Shown here piece after piece: positions 1-10,776 of a DNA stretch of 64,000 nucleotides. The translations under genes and the position numbers were made by a program. Numbering within the stretch: position 1 is the stretch's first letter; each line of letters starts with the position of its first letter. The notes under the pieces are model-generated. The model made no database searches. It saw only the letters and a list, made by a program, of their open reading frames with translations, and was not told the DNA's origin. The DNA is taken from positions 128,001-192,000 of IMG/VR virus record IMGVR_UViG_3300024255_001563; one strand, 5' to 3'. The DNA is from a virus (Duplodnaviria > Caudoviricetes).

Positions 1-1
1 T

Positions 2-2509
2 ACTGAACCTGCTAATGGAGATAATATTTCGATTATATCTTCGAGCTTAGGAGGTACGAACTTAGTTGACTACGGCGAAACATATACAGATGCTAGTACA
101 TACATATATGAAACTACTATTTCATATAGCAGCGAAAATACTGCATACGTAACAGTAAACGGCGTAGAATTGCCCTTTGAACTTATTGATGATAATGGCA
201 AAACAGCAATTAAATTTAGTGAATCTCTACCAGCTAACAGACTAATACAATATGGTGTTTTTGATTCAAATATTGAAACTTTTAGCAAAATATCAATAGA
301 TGAAATTACAGCAGATGGTTCTTCTATTAGTTACGAATTATCAAGAGCGCCGTTTGAACAACAACCTACGTCCTATTACACTGTTGTTACAGTAAACAAT
401 GAGCGTGTTCTAAATGCAGGATATAGCGAAAGATTTATTGTAGAAGAAAGTGTACTACAGTACAAAATGAAAGTATGGCAAATACCTGTAGGATCAGTTG
501 AAGGAACAGAACTTAAAGTGTTCTTAAACGATAGAGAACTAACATTCTTGCAAGAATGGACATACGAAGGCGCAGGCAGCTTTAATGCTAGGATTAGTCC
601 AGATGCGCAGCCTGGAAGTACTATTATATTAAATCGCGGCGTTGCAAATGCCGGAGATGAACTAAAAGTGTTTATACTTTCGACAGGAGAATATAGATTT
701 GGGTATTTTGATACAGATAACGATTTTGTTGACACAAGCGGAAAACAAACAGCAGCAATACTTACTCCAGTAATCGAAGATGGCGTAATAACAGAAGTTA
801 CTATCGTTGATAGCGGACGCGGCTATAATGCTTCTTCAGGAATTTCTGCTAAATCTGATACTGGTACAGGAGCAGAACTTGAAATTACTGTAGATGAATT
901 AGGATCAATACAAAGTGTTATTGTTAATAACGGTGGCAGAGATTACAATAGCTCTACAACAATTATTACAGAACTAGTTCCGGTACCTGCTATAATATAC
1001 TTTGATGAAACTTTCGAATCAGGAGATATTATTAAGGTTTATCAATTTACTAATCATGACGGTTTAGGTATTGAACGTGAAAAATACAATGTAGTAGAAC
1101 GTACTCAAATGACAGTTGGTACTCCTGGCTATTACGATTCTCGTTTACTTAAAAATAATTTGATTGACTTGCGTAAACAAGCAGTGAGTGTAGACTATGT
1201 ATGGATTAATGTTAATGGCAAGTGGCTAATACCGACTGCTGATTATATTTTGTTAGAAGACAAAAAACGTATTCGATTTGTTACAACACTAAATGATTAC
1301 GACATTGTAGATATCATACACTTTGCTGCACCATCTGTAAGTAATAGAATTGGCTGGAGACAGTTTAAAGATATGTTAAACAGAACTACTTATTTACGCT
1401 TGTCAAGCGAGGATGAATTTACAATAACAAGTCCTCTACATTGGTACGACAGGACTATTGAAGTAAGCGAAGGCTATGAAAATTTACCTCAGCCAACTGC
1501 TAACAGTAAGTATCCAGGCGTAATTTTCATCGACGGAGAACGAATTGAATATTTCCGCAGAGAAGACAATATTTTAAAACAGCTTCGTAGAGGAACAATG
1601 GGAACTGGAGTTAAAGACATTTATATTGCTGGTACAACAATGTATAATCAGGGAATCGATAGTGTTATTCCTTATAAAGATGAAGAGGATCGGTTTAGTG
1701 TTACTTCTGGAAAATACACAGATATGACTACCTATTATCCGGACACTGAATCTGAAATTGTTGTTGATACTATTACATATGACTTTAACAATAATACAGT
1801 GTTTCCGGTAAGAGTTGCAGACGTATACGAACAAATTGCAACAGTTACTGGTAGCGGTTTTAGATCAGGTGTACAGGTGTTTATGCAGGATGCAGAAGGA
1901 ATTTCGAGAGAGCTAGAAAAGGTATCAAGTACAGATACTGAAATTCAATTCCATACAGAGACAATGCCTGTAGGAGCATATGATTTAGTAATTTATAACC
2001 CAAGAGAAGAAGCACCGGCTGTTAGAGCTGCCGAAAGTTTAGTATTACCTAAGTTTTTGCCATATGTGCAAATACTAGTAGATTTTAATCCTGAAGCATT
2101 TACTGACGTTGTAACTAATCCGACAGAAACTGGAGACTGGTACAAGGCACCGTTTGATGAAGGCGGGATACCAACAGAATACTGGCAAGCACTAAACATT
2201 GAAGTATTTTCAAATGGACGTAGACTGCGTAAAAATCCTGTTACAGTGTATGATGTAAACAGTGGGCAGTTTAGCCCGGACGGCGATATACAGCTCGAAG
2301 CTGAATTTGCAGTTAATAAAAACGAAGGAGCATATGTGCGTCTAACTACGCCACCGGCACCTGAAACTACACTAACTATAGTTAGAAAGCTTGGCGAAGA
2401 ATGGAGAGAGATTGAAACAACTAGTCCTCTAACGTTTAAACCACTAGGAAATTCCAACACGGAAGTAGCAACTTTCTTGCGTGGGAAGACAATTAATTTA
2501 CCGCGATAA
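2..2509 (+). CDS. Large virion structural protein (baseplate wedge/tail-associated), 5'-truncated by the window edge
   Basis: Frame is open from base 2 (TEPANGDNISII...) into the 779-aa ORF. It has repeated 'ITEVTIVDSGRGY / IQSVIVNNGGRDY' beta motifs typical of T4-like baseplate proteins and an IPT/TIG-like segment (TVTGSGF...GAYDLVIYNP), and lies upstream of tail-fibre genes. Confidence 0.7.
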   Translation, partial: TEPANGDNISIISSSLGGTNLVDYGETYTDASTYIYETTISYSSENTAYVTVNGVELPFELIDDNGKTAIKFSESLPANRLIQYGVFDSNIETFSKISIDEITADGSSISYELSRAPFEQQPTSYYTVVTVNNERVLNAGYSERFIVEESVLQYKMKVWQIPVGSVEGTELKVFLNDRELTFLQEWTYEGAGSFNARISPDAQPGSTIILNRGVANAGDELKVFILSTGEYRFGYFDTDNDFVDTSGKQTAAILTPVIEDGVITEVTIVDSGRGYNASSGISAKSDTGTGAELEITVDELGSIQSVIVNNGGRDYNSSTTIITELVPVPAIIYFDETFESGDIIKVYQFTNHDGLGIEREKYNVVERTQMTVGTPGYYDSRLLKNNLIDLRKQAVSVDYVWINVNGKWLIPTADYILLEDKKRIRFVTTLNDYDIVDIIHFAAPSVSNRIGWRQFKDMLNRTTYLRLSSEDEFTITSPLHWYDRTIEVSEGYENLPQPTANSKYPGVIFIDGERIEYFRREDNILKQLRRGTMGTGVKDIYIAGTTMYNQGIDSVIPYKDEEDRFSVTSGKYTDMTTYYPDTESEIVVDTITYDFNNNTVFPVRVADVYEQIATVTGSGFRSGVQVFMQDAEGISRELEKVSSTDTEIQFHTETMPVGAYDLVIYNPREEAPAVRAAESLVLPKFLPYVQILVDFNPEAFTDVVTNPTETGDWYKAPFDEGGIPTEYWQALNIEVFSNGRRLRKNPVTVYDVNSGQFSPDGDIQLEAEFAVNKNEGAYVRLTTPPAPETTLTIVRKLGEEWREIETTSPLTFKPLGNSNTEVATFLRGKTINLPR

Positions 2510-2512
2510 ATA
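2505..2512 (+). promoter_or_regulatory. T4-like late promoter (GATAAATA)
   Basis: ATAAATA motif in the short gap before the 2531 gene; the same motif recurs upstream of many genes. Confidence 0.6.
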
Positions 2513-2530
2513 CTATGACAGGAAACTTAC

Positions 2531-3145
2531 ATGGCAGATAATTTTAAAGACACACAAGGAATAATGTTGCAAGGACACATTAAGATTCACGACCCGGAAA
2601 GCGGTGAAGTTCTTATTAACAAACGTAACGCTATTCATTATGAAAATATGAGTATTGCTCTTGCTGAGAGTTTAAGTAACTCAGGCGAAGGCTGGATTAA
2701 CGAGATGAGTTTTGGTAATGGAGGTACGTCAGTAGATCCAACAGGCGTCATTACATACTTAACTCCAAATAGCTCCGGAGTAAATGCAAGTTTATATAAT
2801 CAAACATTTACAAAAGTTGTAGATGACAGGAGTGTAAACAACATTGACCCTGCACGTAACAAAACAGAAATACGTCATGTTAGCGGTACTAACTACACTG
2901 ACATACTTGTTACTTGTTTGTTAGATTACGGTGAACCAGACGGGCAAGACGCATTTGATACAGCATCAAACGCAGATAATTTATATGTATTTGACGAATT
3001 AGGACTTAAAAGTTATTCTGCAGACGGTACTAGCAGACTATTAACGCATGTTATTTTTCATCCAGTTCAAAAGTCTTTAAATAGGCTTATACAAATTGAC
3101 TATACTGTAAGAATACAGAGTTTAACTGGTTTTAACGAGGGGTAA
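2531..3145 (+). CDS. Tail/baseplate-associated structural protein (204 aa)
   Basis: Intact ORF with RBS ACAGGA. The 'FDELGL...LLTHVIFHPVQKS' pattern resembles tail-fibre attachment proteins; context is structural. Confidence 0.55.
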   Translation: MADNFKDTQGIMLQGHIKIHDPESGEVLINKRNAIHYENMSIALAESLSNSGEGWINEMSFGNGGTSVDPTGVITYLTPNSSGVNASLYNQTFTKVVDDRSVNNIDPARNKTEIRHVSGTNYTDILVTCLLDYGEPDGQDAFDTASNADNLYVFDELGLKSYSADGTSRLLTHVIFHPVQKSLNRLIQIDYTVRIQSLTGFNEG

Positions 3146-3148
3146 TAG

Positions 3149-5242
3149 ATGTCATATACAATTAGTTACACTGACCTAGCAAAAGAAGGCACAATTACAG
3201 TACAAGATGGTACTATTAACGATCAAACTACGTTAAAACTACCCGGAAGAAACACAACTTCTTATGGTGCTGTTATTGCAGAAAACTTTCTGCATCTATT
3301 AGAAAACTTTGCTGCTACAATAGAACCTGCAAATCCTATAGAAGGACAAATATGGTATAATAATTCAGTTGACGAAGAGCAACTGTTTATGTATAACGGA
3401 ACAAATTGGGTTCCGGCTAGCGGAATTACAAAGTCAATTGGTACACCTGCTTTTGCACAAACAGGTGATCTTTGGGTAGATACAGATAATCAGCAGTTAT
3501 ATCTATTTACAGGCGGCGGCTGGATTTTAGTTGGTCCACAATTTAGTGAAGGTTTGTCGACTGGTGCTAGAGCAGATCAAATTGTAGGACAAGACAATGA
3601 ACTGTACAATGTATTAAGGATCGAAGTAGGCGGAGTAGTAGTAGGTATAATTTCAGGATCTGATAATCCGTTTTTACCAAAAGCAACTGTTGCAGGGTTT
3701 CCAGTAATTAATCCTGGATTTAACGTAATTAGTAGAGATACTGATGCAGACGGACTTAGCAATTTTAAATTCTTTGGAACTACAGAAAAGGCAGAGAGCT
3801 TAATTGTAAATAATCAAGTTATTCCTGCAGGAAATTTTCTTAGAGGCGACACGTTAAGCATAACAGATTCTCCAATTAATGTTCAAAATAACTCAGGTAT
3901 CAACTATGGAGTTAACGGAGAACTAACAATCGGTGTTGAAGGGCAAGCAGGTATTATTCAACATAATATTGGCGGATCAAATATTGACATGCGTGTTAGG
4001 AATAACAATCAAACACGAACAGTAGTACGAGTAGATTCAAATCTACGTGTTGGTGTAAATACAGAAGCCCCAGAAGAAGCATTAGATGTAGTAGGTAATG
4101 TACAGTCTAGTGGTAATTTATATGTTAACGCAACTACACAAAGTACTACAATTAATAATGGTGCGTTAATTGTTAGAGGCGGCACAGCCGTTAAGTTAAA
4201 TCTTAATGTAGGCGGCGAAACAGAGTTAAGTAATTTGCTTACTACCCGAGAAATTGTACCCGATGACAATAGTATCCGAGATATAGGCACCTCACAGAAT
4301 CAATATAAACACATTTATGCAAACAGACTGTTTGGCGACATTACTGGTACAGTAACAGGTAAAGTAAATGGTCCGTCTACGGAAACAGATAAATTAACCT
4401 CGCGTACTACATTTATTATGGAAGGCGATGTATCAACAGTTGTTCCTGTTGAGTTTGACGGCAGTTATCAAGATCCTAATTTTAACAATGGTCAAAACGT
4501 TGACGGAGAGCCGCTGGCGGTGGGAGAACAGCCGTTACAGAAAAAGTTTCGAACTGAAATATCAAACCAGTTTATTTCGGGCAAAACACAAGAATTTGAT
4601 GTTGCTAGCAACGATTTGCTACTATTTGACGATCAAGAAGGCGACAGTCCGGGACTAAAACATGTTACTAAAAGTGATTTATTAAAAACAATACCAAGAA
4701 ACCCTCCAGGGATAATTCTTCCTTACGGTGGAAATGTAGCTCCTACAGGATGGCTGTTATGCGATGGTAGAGAGATTAACAAAGACGAATGGCAAGCGTT
4801 GTTTTCAGCAATTGGTTATAATTTTAAATCTGAATCTCAAGTACAAAACAATTATTTTGCAATACCTGATTTACGAGGAAGAATGCCATTAGGTGCAGAC
4901 AATATGGGTGGCACAAGTTCAAACACTGTGCAAGCTAATTCTGCAGATGTTGTAGGCGCCAGAGACGGCGCAGAAAGCAAAACTCTTAACATAGCGCAAA
5001 TTCCTGATCACCAACACGATATGCAAGACGGAAGTAATAACCAATACTATGCATATCAAGATCGTCGAGACACAACAGTTGACGGAGTAGCAGAAGAAAC
5101 TTCTGGTGTAGGCGATGGTAATGCACAGCGTATACCTAATTCAGGCGGCATACAAGATAGAAGAGGAGCAGATACTGCGCCACTTAATATTATGCCACCG
5201 ACAGTGACAATAAATTATATTATTTACGGCGGAAGAGAATAA
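3149..5242 (+). CDS. Tail fibre protein with C-terminal phage tail-collar domain (697 aa)
   Basis: C-terminal 'PPGIILPYGGNVAPTGWLLCDG...LFSAIG...FAIPDLRGRMPLG' is the tail-collar motif; the N-terminus is shared with the next two ORFs. Confidence 0.85.
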   Translation: MSYTISYTDLAKEGTITVQDGTINDQTTLKLPGRNTTSYGAVIAENFLHLLENFAATIEPANPIEGQIWYNNSVDEEQLFMYNGTNWVPASGITKSIGTPAFAQTGDLWVDTDNQQLYLFTGGGWILVGPQFSEGLSTGARADQIVGQDNELYNVLRIEVGGVVVGIISGSDNPFLPKATVAGFPVINPGFNVISRDTDADGLSNFKFFGTTEKAESLIVNNQVIPAGNFLRGDTLSITDSPINVQNNSGINYGVNGELTIGVEGQAGIIQHNIGGSNIDMRVRNNNQTRTVVRVDSNLRVGVNTEAPEEALDVVGNVQSSGNLYVNATTQSTTINNGALIVRGGTAVKLNLNVGGETELSNLLTTREIVPDDNSIRDIGTSQNQYKHIYANRLFGDITGTVTGKVNGPSTETDKLTSRTTFIMEGDVSTVVPVEFDGSYQDPNFNNGQNVDGEPLAVGEQPLQKKFRTEISNQFISGKTQEFDVASNDLLLFDDQEGDSPGLKHVTKSDLLKTIPRNPPGIILPYGGNVAPTGWLLCDGREINKDEWQALFSAIGYNFKSESQVQNNYFAIPDLRGRMPLGADNMGGTSSNTVQANSADVVGARDGAESKTLNIAQIPDHQHDMQDGSNNQYYAYQDRRDTTVDGVAEETSGVGDGNAQRIPNSGGIQDRRGADTAPLNIMPPTVTINYIIYGGRE

Positions 5243-7203
5243 TGAGTTATAAAATTAACAAAACAAATGGAGAATTGTTAGTAGATCTAGTAGATGGACA
5301 AATTGACACTACGTCAACTGATATAACTCTTATAGGACGTAATTATAAAGGGTTTGGCGAATTAGTTAATGAAAATTTTGTCAAAGTCATGGAAAACTTT
5401 GCCAAGTCAAGTGCTCCAGGAGCTCCTCTTGTAGGACAATTATGGTATGATACTGCTGAAGAAAGATTAAAGGTATATACAGGAGAAACATTTAAGACAG
5501 CATCTGGAGCATTAGTCAGTCAGACACAGCCTAATCTTGTAACAGGTGACATTTGGATTGATAGTTTCAATAATAAACTTTACTTTTACGACGGCGAAGA
5601 TATTGTATTAGTTGGCCCGCAGTACAGTGCGCAACAGGGCAAAACAATTGTAGAAGCTGCAACTATTATTGACGAAACAGGCCAAGACCAAACAGTTTTA
5701 TATATGTACATAGGTGGATTGTTAACAGGAATATATTCTAGAACAGAATTTAGACCGTCGCTTAACATTACTGGATTCCCAATAGATATTGATGATACAA
5801 ATATTCCTAAAAGACAATTGATTAAAACAGGATTTAATCCTGTTAGTGCTGATTTTGTATGGCAGGGTACTGCAAAGAGTACACAGTCATTGATTAGTGC
5901 TGGCGGCGAAGCATTTACAGATGCTAACTTTATGAAAACTGACAGTGACACTAGCACAAGTGGATCTCTTGCAGTTAAAGACGAGCGTGGACTAACCGTT
6001 GGTAAAAACGATAATGTTTATGCTGCATTACGTGTAGACACTGGCGATATTACTACGCTCGAGTCACAGCAAGGTAATAAAGATTTTGTTATTCGAACAA
6101 AACGTGGTAGTAACTATGATAATGTATTTTATGTTAAATCTGCGGTAAAGCGTGTAGGTATTCTTACAAATACTCCAGCATTTGGATTTGACGTTAATAC
6201 CGATGCTAGAATAAGTGGAGAGCTAACAGTTGACGGAAACTTAACTGTAAAGGGTGATAGTACTTTTCTTCAAACAGAAACATTACAAGTTGAAGACAAA
6301 AACATTGAATTATCAATAGACGCTGCGGGACTTCCAGCAGGCAACGACACTGTTGCAGATTTAGGTGGTGTTACTTTAAAATCAACCGACGGCGATAAAA
6401 CAATATATTGGTCAAACACTACTCAAAACTGGACTGTTGATCAAAACTTTGATTTAGAAACAGGTTTAGCTTATAAAATTAACAACATAACAAAACTATC
6501 TGATGACAGATTACATAATTCTGTTTTATATGCAGACGGATTAATACGTGTTGGTACATTACAATACTTAAATGTAGATCAATTTAACTTTTTAAATTCT
6601 ACAATGACTACAACAAGTCCTCTAAGCATAGTATCTAATGGTACTATTACAGTTAACAACAAATTAATTACGGGTGTATCAACGCCAATAAGTCCACGGG
6701 TAGCTGCAAGAGATACTCTTACAGAAACTACAGACAGTGCAGTAGTTACTAAGCAGTATGTAGATGCAGAAATAAAAGCAGAGCCATTAGTTACATCTCT
6801 AGATGTAACAGGTTATGCAGATCCTGAATCAAACTTTGCTGCCAACGGACCGTACAATAACGTTAAAGCAATATTAGAACAACTTTATAGTGCTGCTGAT
6901 AAGGAAGAAGGTACCTTTGCTAAGGTTTATTGTACAAACTATGTTAATACTACAGTTACAAACATTGACGTTGATCAATTAGTTGATGATCCGGATAATC
7001 CGGGCGGTCCTCAAATTAGTGCTGTTCGTAAATCTTATATTGCTGTAGACAAGGATGGAAATCTAAGTGACGAATCAGTAGTACAAGATATTGAGTTCTT
7101 ACCAGTATCTGCTACAGCAGGATTTATTCCGGATAGGGCAATAATGGAATTTGAAGTACAAACAAATGCATGGACGTGGCTCCGTACCAACGTACTTCCG
7201 TGA
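5242..7203 (+). CDS. Tail fibre-like protein, paralogue 2 (653 aa)
   Basis: N-terminal domain 'LIGRNYKGFGELVNENFVKVMENFA...GQLWYDT...GDIWIDS' is paralogous to the flanking ORFs; beta-rich fibre-like body; TAATG coupling. Confidence 0.8.
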   Translation: MSYKINKTNGELLVDLVDGQIDTTSTDITLIGRNYKGFGELVNENFVKVMENFAKSSAPGAPLVGQLWYDTAEERLKVYTGETFKTASGALVSQTQPNLVTGDIWIDSFNNKLYFYDGEDIVLVGPQYSAQQGKTIVEAATIIDETGQDQTVLYMYIGGLLTGIYSRTEFRPSLNITGFPIDIDDTNIPKRQLIKTGFNPVSADFVWQGTAKSTQSLISAGGEAFTDANFMKTDSDTSTSGSLAVKDERGLTVGKNDNVYAALRVDTGDITTLESQQGNKDFVIRTKRGSNYDNVFYVKSAVKRVGILTNTPAFGFDVNTDARISGELTVDGNLTVKGDSTFLQTETLQVEDKNIELSIDAAGLPAGNDTVADLGGVTLKSTDGDKTIYWSNTTQNWTVDQNFDLETGLAYKINNITKLSDDRLHNSVLYADGLIRVGTLQYLNVDQFNFLNSTMTTTSPLSIVSNGTITVNNKLITGVSTPISPRVAARDTLTETTDSAVVTKQYVDAEIKAEPLVTSLDVTGYADPESNFAANGPYNNVKAILEQLYSAADKEEGTFAKVYCTNYVNTTVTNIDVDQLVDDPDNPGGPQISAVRKSYIAVDKDGNLSDESVVQDIEFLPVSATAGFIPDRAIMEFEVQTNAWTWLRTNVLP

Positions 7204-7207
7204 AACA

Positions 7208-7215
7208 GATAAATA
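7208..7215 (+). promoter_or_regulatory. T4-like late promoter (GATAAATA)
   Basis: Motif in the intergenic gap before the 7240 gene, followed by RBS AGGGG. Confidence 0.6.
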
Positions 7216-7239
7216 CAATGTCGCAATAGGGGTTTATAA

Positions 7240-8787
7240 ATGGCATATACAATTGATACATACAGTAATAGTCGATCTTGGAAGATTGAAGATGGTACTA
7301 TTGACCAAACTACAGATTTAAAACTTGTAGGTAAAAACTATGCAGGTTATGGTGAAATACAAAACGAAAATTTTGTATTTTTGCTAGAGAACTTTGCAGG
7401 ACAAGTTGAGCCTCCGAGAAAAGTAGCAGGCCAAATTTGGTTTGACTCGAGTAATTCAAAATTAAAATTTTATGACGGGCTAAAATGGCGCACAACAGGT
7501 GGCGCAGAAGTTAGTTCTACAGTTCCAACAGGATTAAAACAAGGTGATTTTTGGTGGGATACAGGAAATGAACAACTTTATACATTTAATGGCGGCGACT
7601 TTGTACTTATCGGACCCCAAAGTGCAGGCTCAGGCCAAACACAGATTGTAAGCCGTTCACTTCGCGATACACTAGGAAATAGTAAAAATGTTATTACCGC
7701 AGTTGTAAACGACGAAACAGTATTAACATTTAGTTCACAAGACTTTACAATTGATACTAGCGATGTAGATAGTGATATTCCTGGATTTGACAGAATACGT
7801 CCAGGTCTAACCCTTAAAAATACTATTAATAGCGCAGGCGGCGTTACTAGTGGAGCATTTAGACTTCATGGTACTGCATCAAATGCAGAAAAATTAGGCG
7901 GCATTTCATCAGATAATTACGTACAGTCTAATAATGCATCGTTTACAGGACTTGCACAATTTGGAACATCTGGCATACAAATAGGCGAAACTGCAAACTT
8001 TACTTTGTCAGTAGAAGGTGATAACCAAGGTGTAATTTCAAACGATAACGGCAATCAGATTATAATCCGTGCCAAAGACTTGTTTGGTAATGTATTAAAC
8101 CCTGCAAGAATATTTTATAATGCACTAACTCCAGGATTTGTTCCAGGAACTACTACAGTTGCAGCTACAAGTTTAGGTACAGAAGAATACAGATGGCCTG
8201 ATGTATATGCTAGAACAATAAAAGGCTTAAGCCAAGTAACTAGCGGCTTACTAAAACCTGGCGCAACTTATAAAACTCCAATTGATGATCCAGTCAATGG
8301 TGGAACAATGGCAAACGGAGATGCACTATTACCTTCAGAACAAACTGCTGCTAATACTATTCCTGTAAGAGACGAAAACGGAGACATATTTGCTAATAAA
8401 TTCCAAGGTATTGCTACTGAAGCTTGGTATGCTGATCTTGCAGAAAAGTATTCAACTCCGCATGAACTTTCCCCAGGAACAGTTGTAAGTGTTTGTGTAC
8501 ACGAAGATCACGAAGTTGACGCTGCAACAAGAGGAAATATTGCAATAGGAGTAGTTTCAACAGAACCTGCTCTTAAAATGAACGCTGGAGCAGAAGGACA
8601 ATACATTGCACTTAAAGGGCGTGTGCCTGTTCGTATAGTTGGTGCAGTTGTTAAAGGCGCTGCTGTTTATGTCGATGACAATGGTTATGCTAGCACTAAT
8701 ATTAATGGCGGATCACTAGTTGGTGTTGCATTAGAAACTAATGAATCTGTAGAAGAAAAATTAGTCGAGTGCGTACTTAAAGTATAA
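7240..8787 (+). CDS. Tail fibre/spike protein with C-terminal intramolecular chaperone/autocleavage (Peptidase G2-like) domain (515 aa)
   Basis: Shared N-terminal domain; C-terminal 'YADLAEKY...PGTVV...IGVVSTEPA...IALKGRVPVRIVG' is typical of G2-type autocleaving chaperones. Confidence 0.75.
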   Translation: MAYTIDTYSNSRSWKIEDGTIDQTTDLKLVGKNYAGYGEIQNENFVFLLENFAGQVEPPRKVAGQIWFDSSNSKLKFYDGLKWRTTGGAEVSSTVPTGLKQGDFWWDTGNEQLYTFNGGDFVLIGPQSAGSGQTQIVSRSLRDTLGNSKNVITAVVNDETVLTFSSQDFTIDTSDVDSDIPGFDRIRPGLTLKNTINSAGGVTSGAFRLHGTASNAEKLGGISSDNYVQSNNASFTGLAQFGTSGIQIGETANFTLSVEGDNQGVISNDNGNQIIIRAKDLFGNVLNPARIFYNALTPGFVPGTTTVAATSLGTEEYRWPDVYARTIKGLSQVTSGLLKPGATYKTPIDDPVNGGTMANGDALLPSEQTAANTIPVRDENGDIFANKFQGIATEAWYADLAEKYSTPHELSPGTVVSVCVHEDHEVDAATRGNIAIGVVSTEPALKMNAGAEGQYIALKGRVPVRIVGAVVKGAAVYVDDNGYASTNINGGSLVGVALETNESVEEKLVECVLKV

Positions 8788-8790
8788 ATA
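8783..8790 (+). promoter_or_regulatory. T4 late promoter, exact consensus TATAAATA
   Basis: Exact T4 gp55-type consensus overlapping the stop of the 7240 gene, upstream of 8817. Confidence 0.7.
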
Positions 8791-8816
8791 AAACTAGTAT
8801 ATAATAGGAAATGTAA

Positions 8817-9737
8817 ATGGCAGTTGAATTCGAAACAAGGATAACCGCAGCAAACTTTAACACTCTACAAAATAGAGTTGAAAGACTTTTGGGCGGAGGC
8901 AGCGGTCAGTCAGGATATGGGCAGGTTCCTAACAGTTCTCCAGTTCCTCCTCAAAGTGTTGTATACGCCAGCGACTTAAACAAACTATTACTTGATATTA
9001 ATAGAATATCAATACACCAGACTGGTAGCATAACTGATCTAAGTCCAGTTACACAGAGTTCAAAAATTAGAGCAGATGAAGAAACAGTAGGAGACCGTGA
9101 CGGCTGGAAGCAATATATTGCAAAAATAGCCGAACTTGAAACAGATCCATTAGTTGTAGACGGAACACAAGTTAGTATTGAAACTATTGCTACAGATTCA
9201 AGATTTTCTCCGTGGCAAGGACAACTTTCGCACAGTTTTACATTAACATTTACTGATACTGATCATAGACGTGCATTTTTTAATAGTGGCGGACAAATTT
9301 ATATTAGTGCGCAAATTGAATCACCATCTACGCCAAAATCAAATGACTGGAAAACTATGTTAACAAACATGGGCGTTATTCAATTTAAAGCAAATACTAC
9401 ATCCAAAACTGGATTAGGCGGAACGTTGTTTCCGAACGATGACGGGCCAGTTGGAAACTTTCAATTAACAGCAGGCTTAGTAACATTATTTGAAAGAACT
9501 GGACAATTAGACTCTTATTCAGAAAATAGATATTACATCTTTGGTAAAGAAGTAAGCCAAAGCGCAATCCAATTTACAATTCAATTCCAAGATCAAGATC
9601 AAGGTGATCCAACTATTGACGAAGAAATTGCTGGAACTGTAGTAAGTAGAATACAAGCATTACGTCCATCGGGCGAGTATGTTAGTGTTCCGTTGCCAAG
9701 TTATTCCGTACAGTCCAGTCTAGAATTAGGAGACTAA
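8817..9737 (+). CDS. Virion structural protein, paralogue A (306 aa)
   Basis: Intact ORF; 'LLGGGSGQSGYGQ' and 'HRRAFFNSGGQI' motifs are shared with the next ORF; structural context. Confidence 0.6.
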   Translation: MAVEFETRITAANFNTLQNRVERLLGGGSGQSGYGQVPNSSPVPPQSVVYASDLNKLLLDINRISIHQTGSITDLSPVTQSSKIRADEETVGDRDGWKQYIAKIAELETDPLVVDGTQVSIETIATDSRFSPWQGQLSHSFTLTFTDTDHRRAFFNSGGQIYISAQIESPSTPKSNDWKTMLTNMGVIQFKANTTSKTGLGGTLFPNDDGPVGNFQLTAGLVTLFERTGQLDSYSENRYYIFGKEVSQSAIQFTIQFQDQDQGDPTIDEEIAGTVVSRIQALRPSGEYVSVPLPSYSVQSSLELGD

Positions 9738-9740
9738 TAC

Positions 9741-10769
9741 ATGGTAGCTACGGGTAATACAGTCCAGGCTAGCCATTATACAGGTGCTCTTGGACGAGTA
9801 CTAACAGTTCTCGGCGATGGTAGTGGACAAAACGGCTATGGACAAATTGTTCCTAGTTATGAATCATATCGAAATGTAAGTACAAACGACGAACTTATCG
9901 ATCATGATCACACTTCTAAATTAGCAGTTGATATTAATACTTGTGCTAGCCATCAAGGAATTTCCGGAGTTTCATCTTCATTTAATTCTGCAGGCAAAAT
10001 CATAGGTGCAAATGCTTCAGGTAATTCTCCAACTAGTCTAACTGACACATCTAGAGGGTTTAATGACTTATTAGCAGGAATAACAAACATTGAAGCTTCT
10101 GCTGATAGTTCAGTTGGATTTACTATTGACGATGTAAGAACTCTTACTTCTAGTACTAGATTTACTGCCTGGGGAGGCGACGGAGATCCTGATGATAACA
10201 TTTGGAGTGAACTAGATGTTATTTTTGAAGGCGGATATGCAACAACAAATACTTCCGGAAGAACCACAGCAACTGCGGCCGATCATCGTAGACATTTTTT
10301 TAACGCCGGTGGCGATGTTAGGATAACTTTTTTTGGTAATTCTAATACTACAAAGGATATTGACTGGAATTCTATGCTTAGTAATGTTACCGTTGTATTT
10401 GGTAAAAACAATACAACAGCAAACTCAGGATTAGCTCGTGACGGGTCAACAGATGTAAATGGTGGCGGCATTGACAGTGCTTTTGGAAATTACCAGTTAA
10501 CAACATCTTATAATATTATCTTTAGAAAATTTGGATCAGGTGCATATTCGACTAACTATGTACAAGTTCGAGCAAAGCGTGTAGGCACCAATGTTATACG
10601 TTTTAGAGTTGACTTTAACGACTTTGCAGAAGGCAATCCAAATTTTGACGAACGTGTGCTTGTTAGCGGCGGATCAATGGGCGCAGGCCTGCACTTAAAA
10701 CGTCCAACTGGTGTAGTAACAGTTCCAACTCCGTCAGACGCCGTCGCGACTGAATTCCAAGATACATAA
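9741..10769 (+). CDS. Virion structural protein, paralogue B (342 aa)
   Basis: 'VLGDGSGQNGYGQ' and 'HRRHFFNAGGDV' motifs; Gly/Ser/Thr-rich. Confidence 0.6.
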   Translation: MVATGNTVQASHYTGALGRVLTVLGDGSGQNGYGQIVPSYESYRNVSTNDELIDHDHTSKLAVDINTCASHQGISGVSSSFNSAGKIIGANASGNSPTSLTDTSRGFNDLLAGITNIEASADSSVGFTIDDVRTLTSSTRFTAWGGDGDPDDNIWSELDVIFEGGYATTNTSGRTTATAADHRRHFFNAGGDVRITFFGNSNTTKDIDWNSMLSNVTVVFGKNNTTANSGLARDGSTDVNGGGIDSAFGNYQLTTSYNIIFRKFGSGAYSTNYVQVRAKRVGTNVIRFRVDFNDFAEGNPNFDERVLVSGGSMGAGLHLKRPTGVVTVPTPSDAVATEFQDT

Positions 10770-10776
10770 TCAACTC

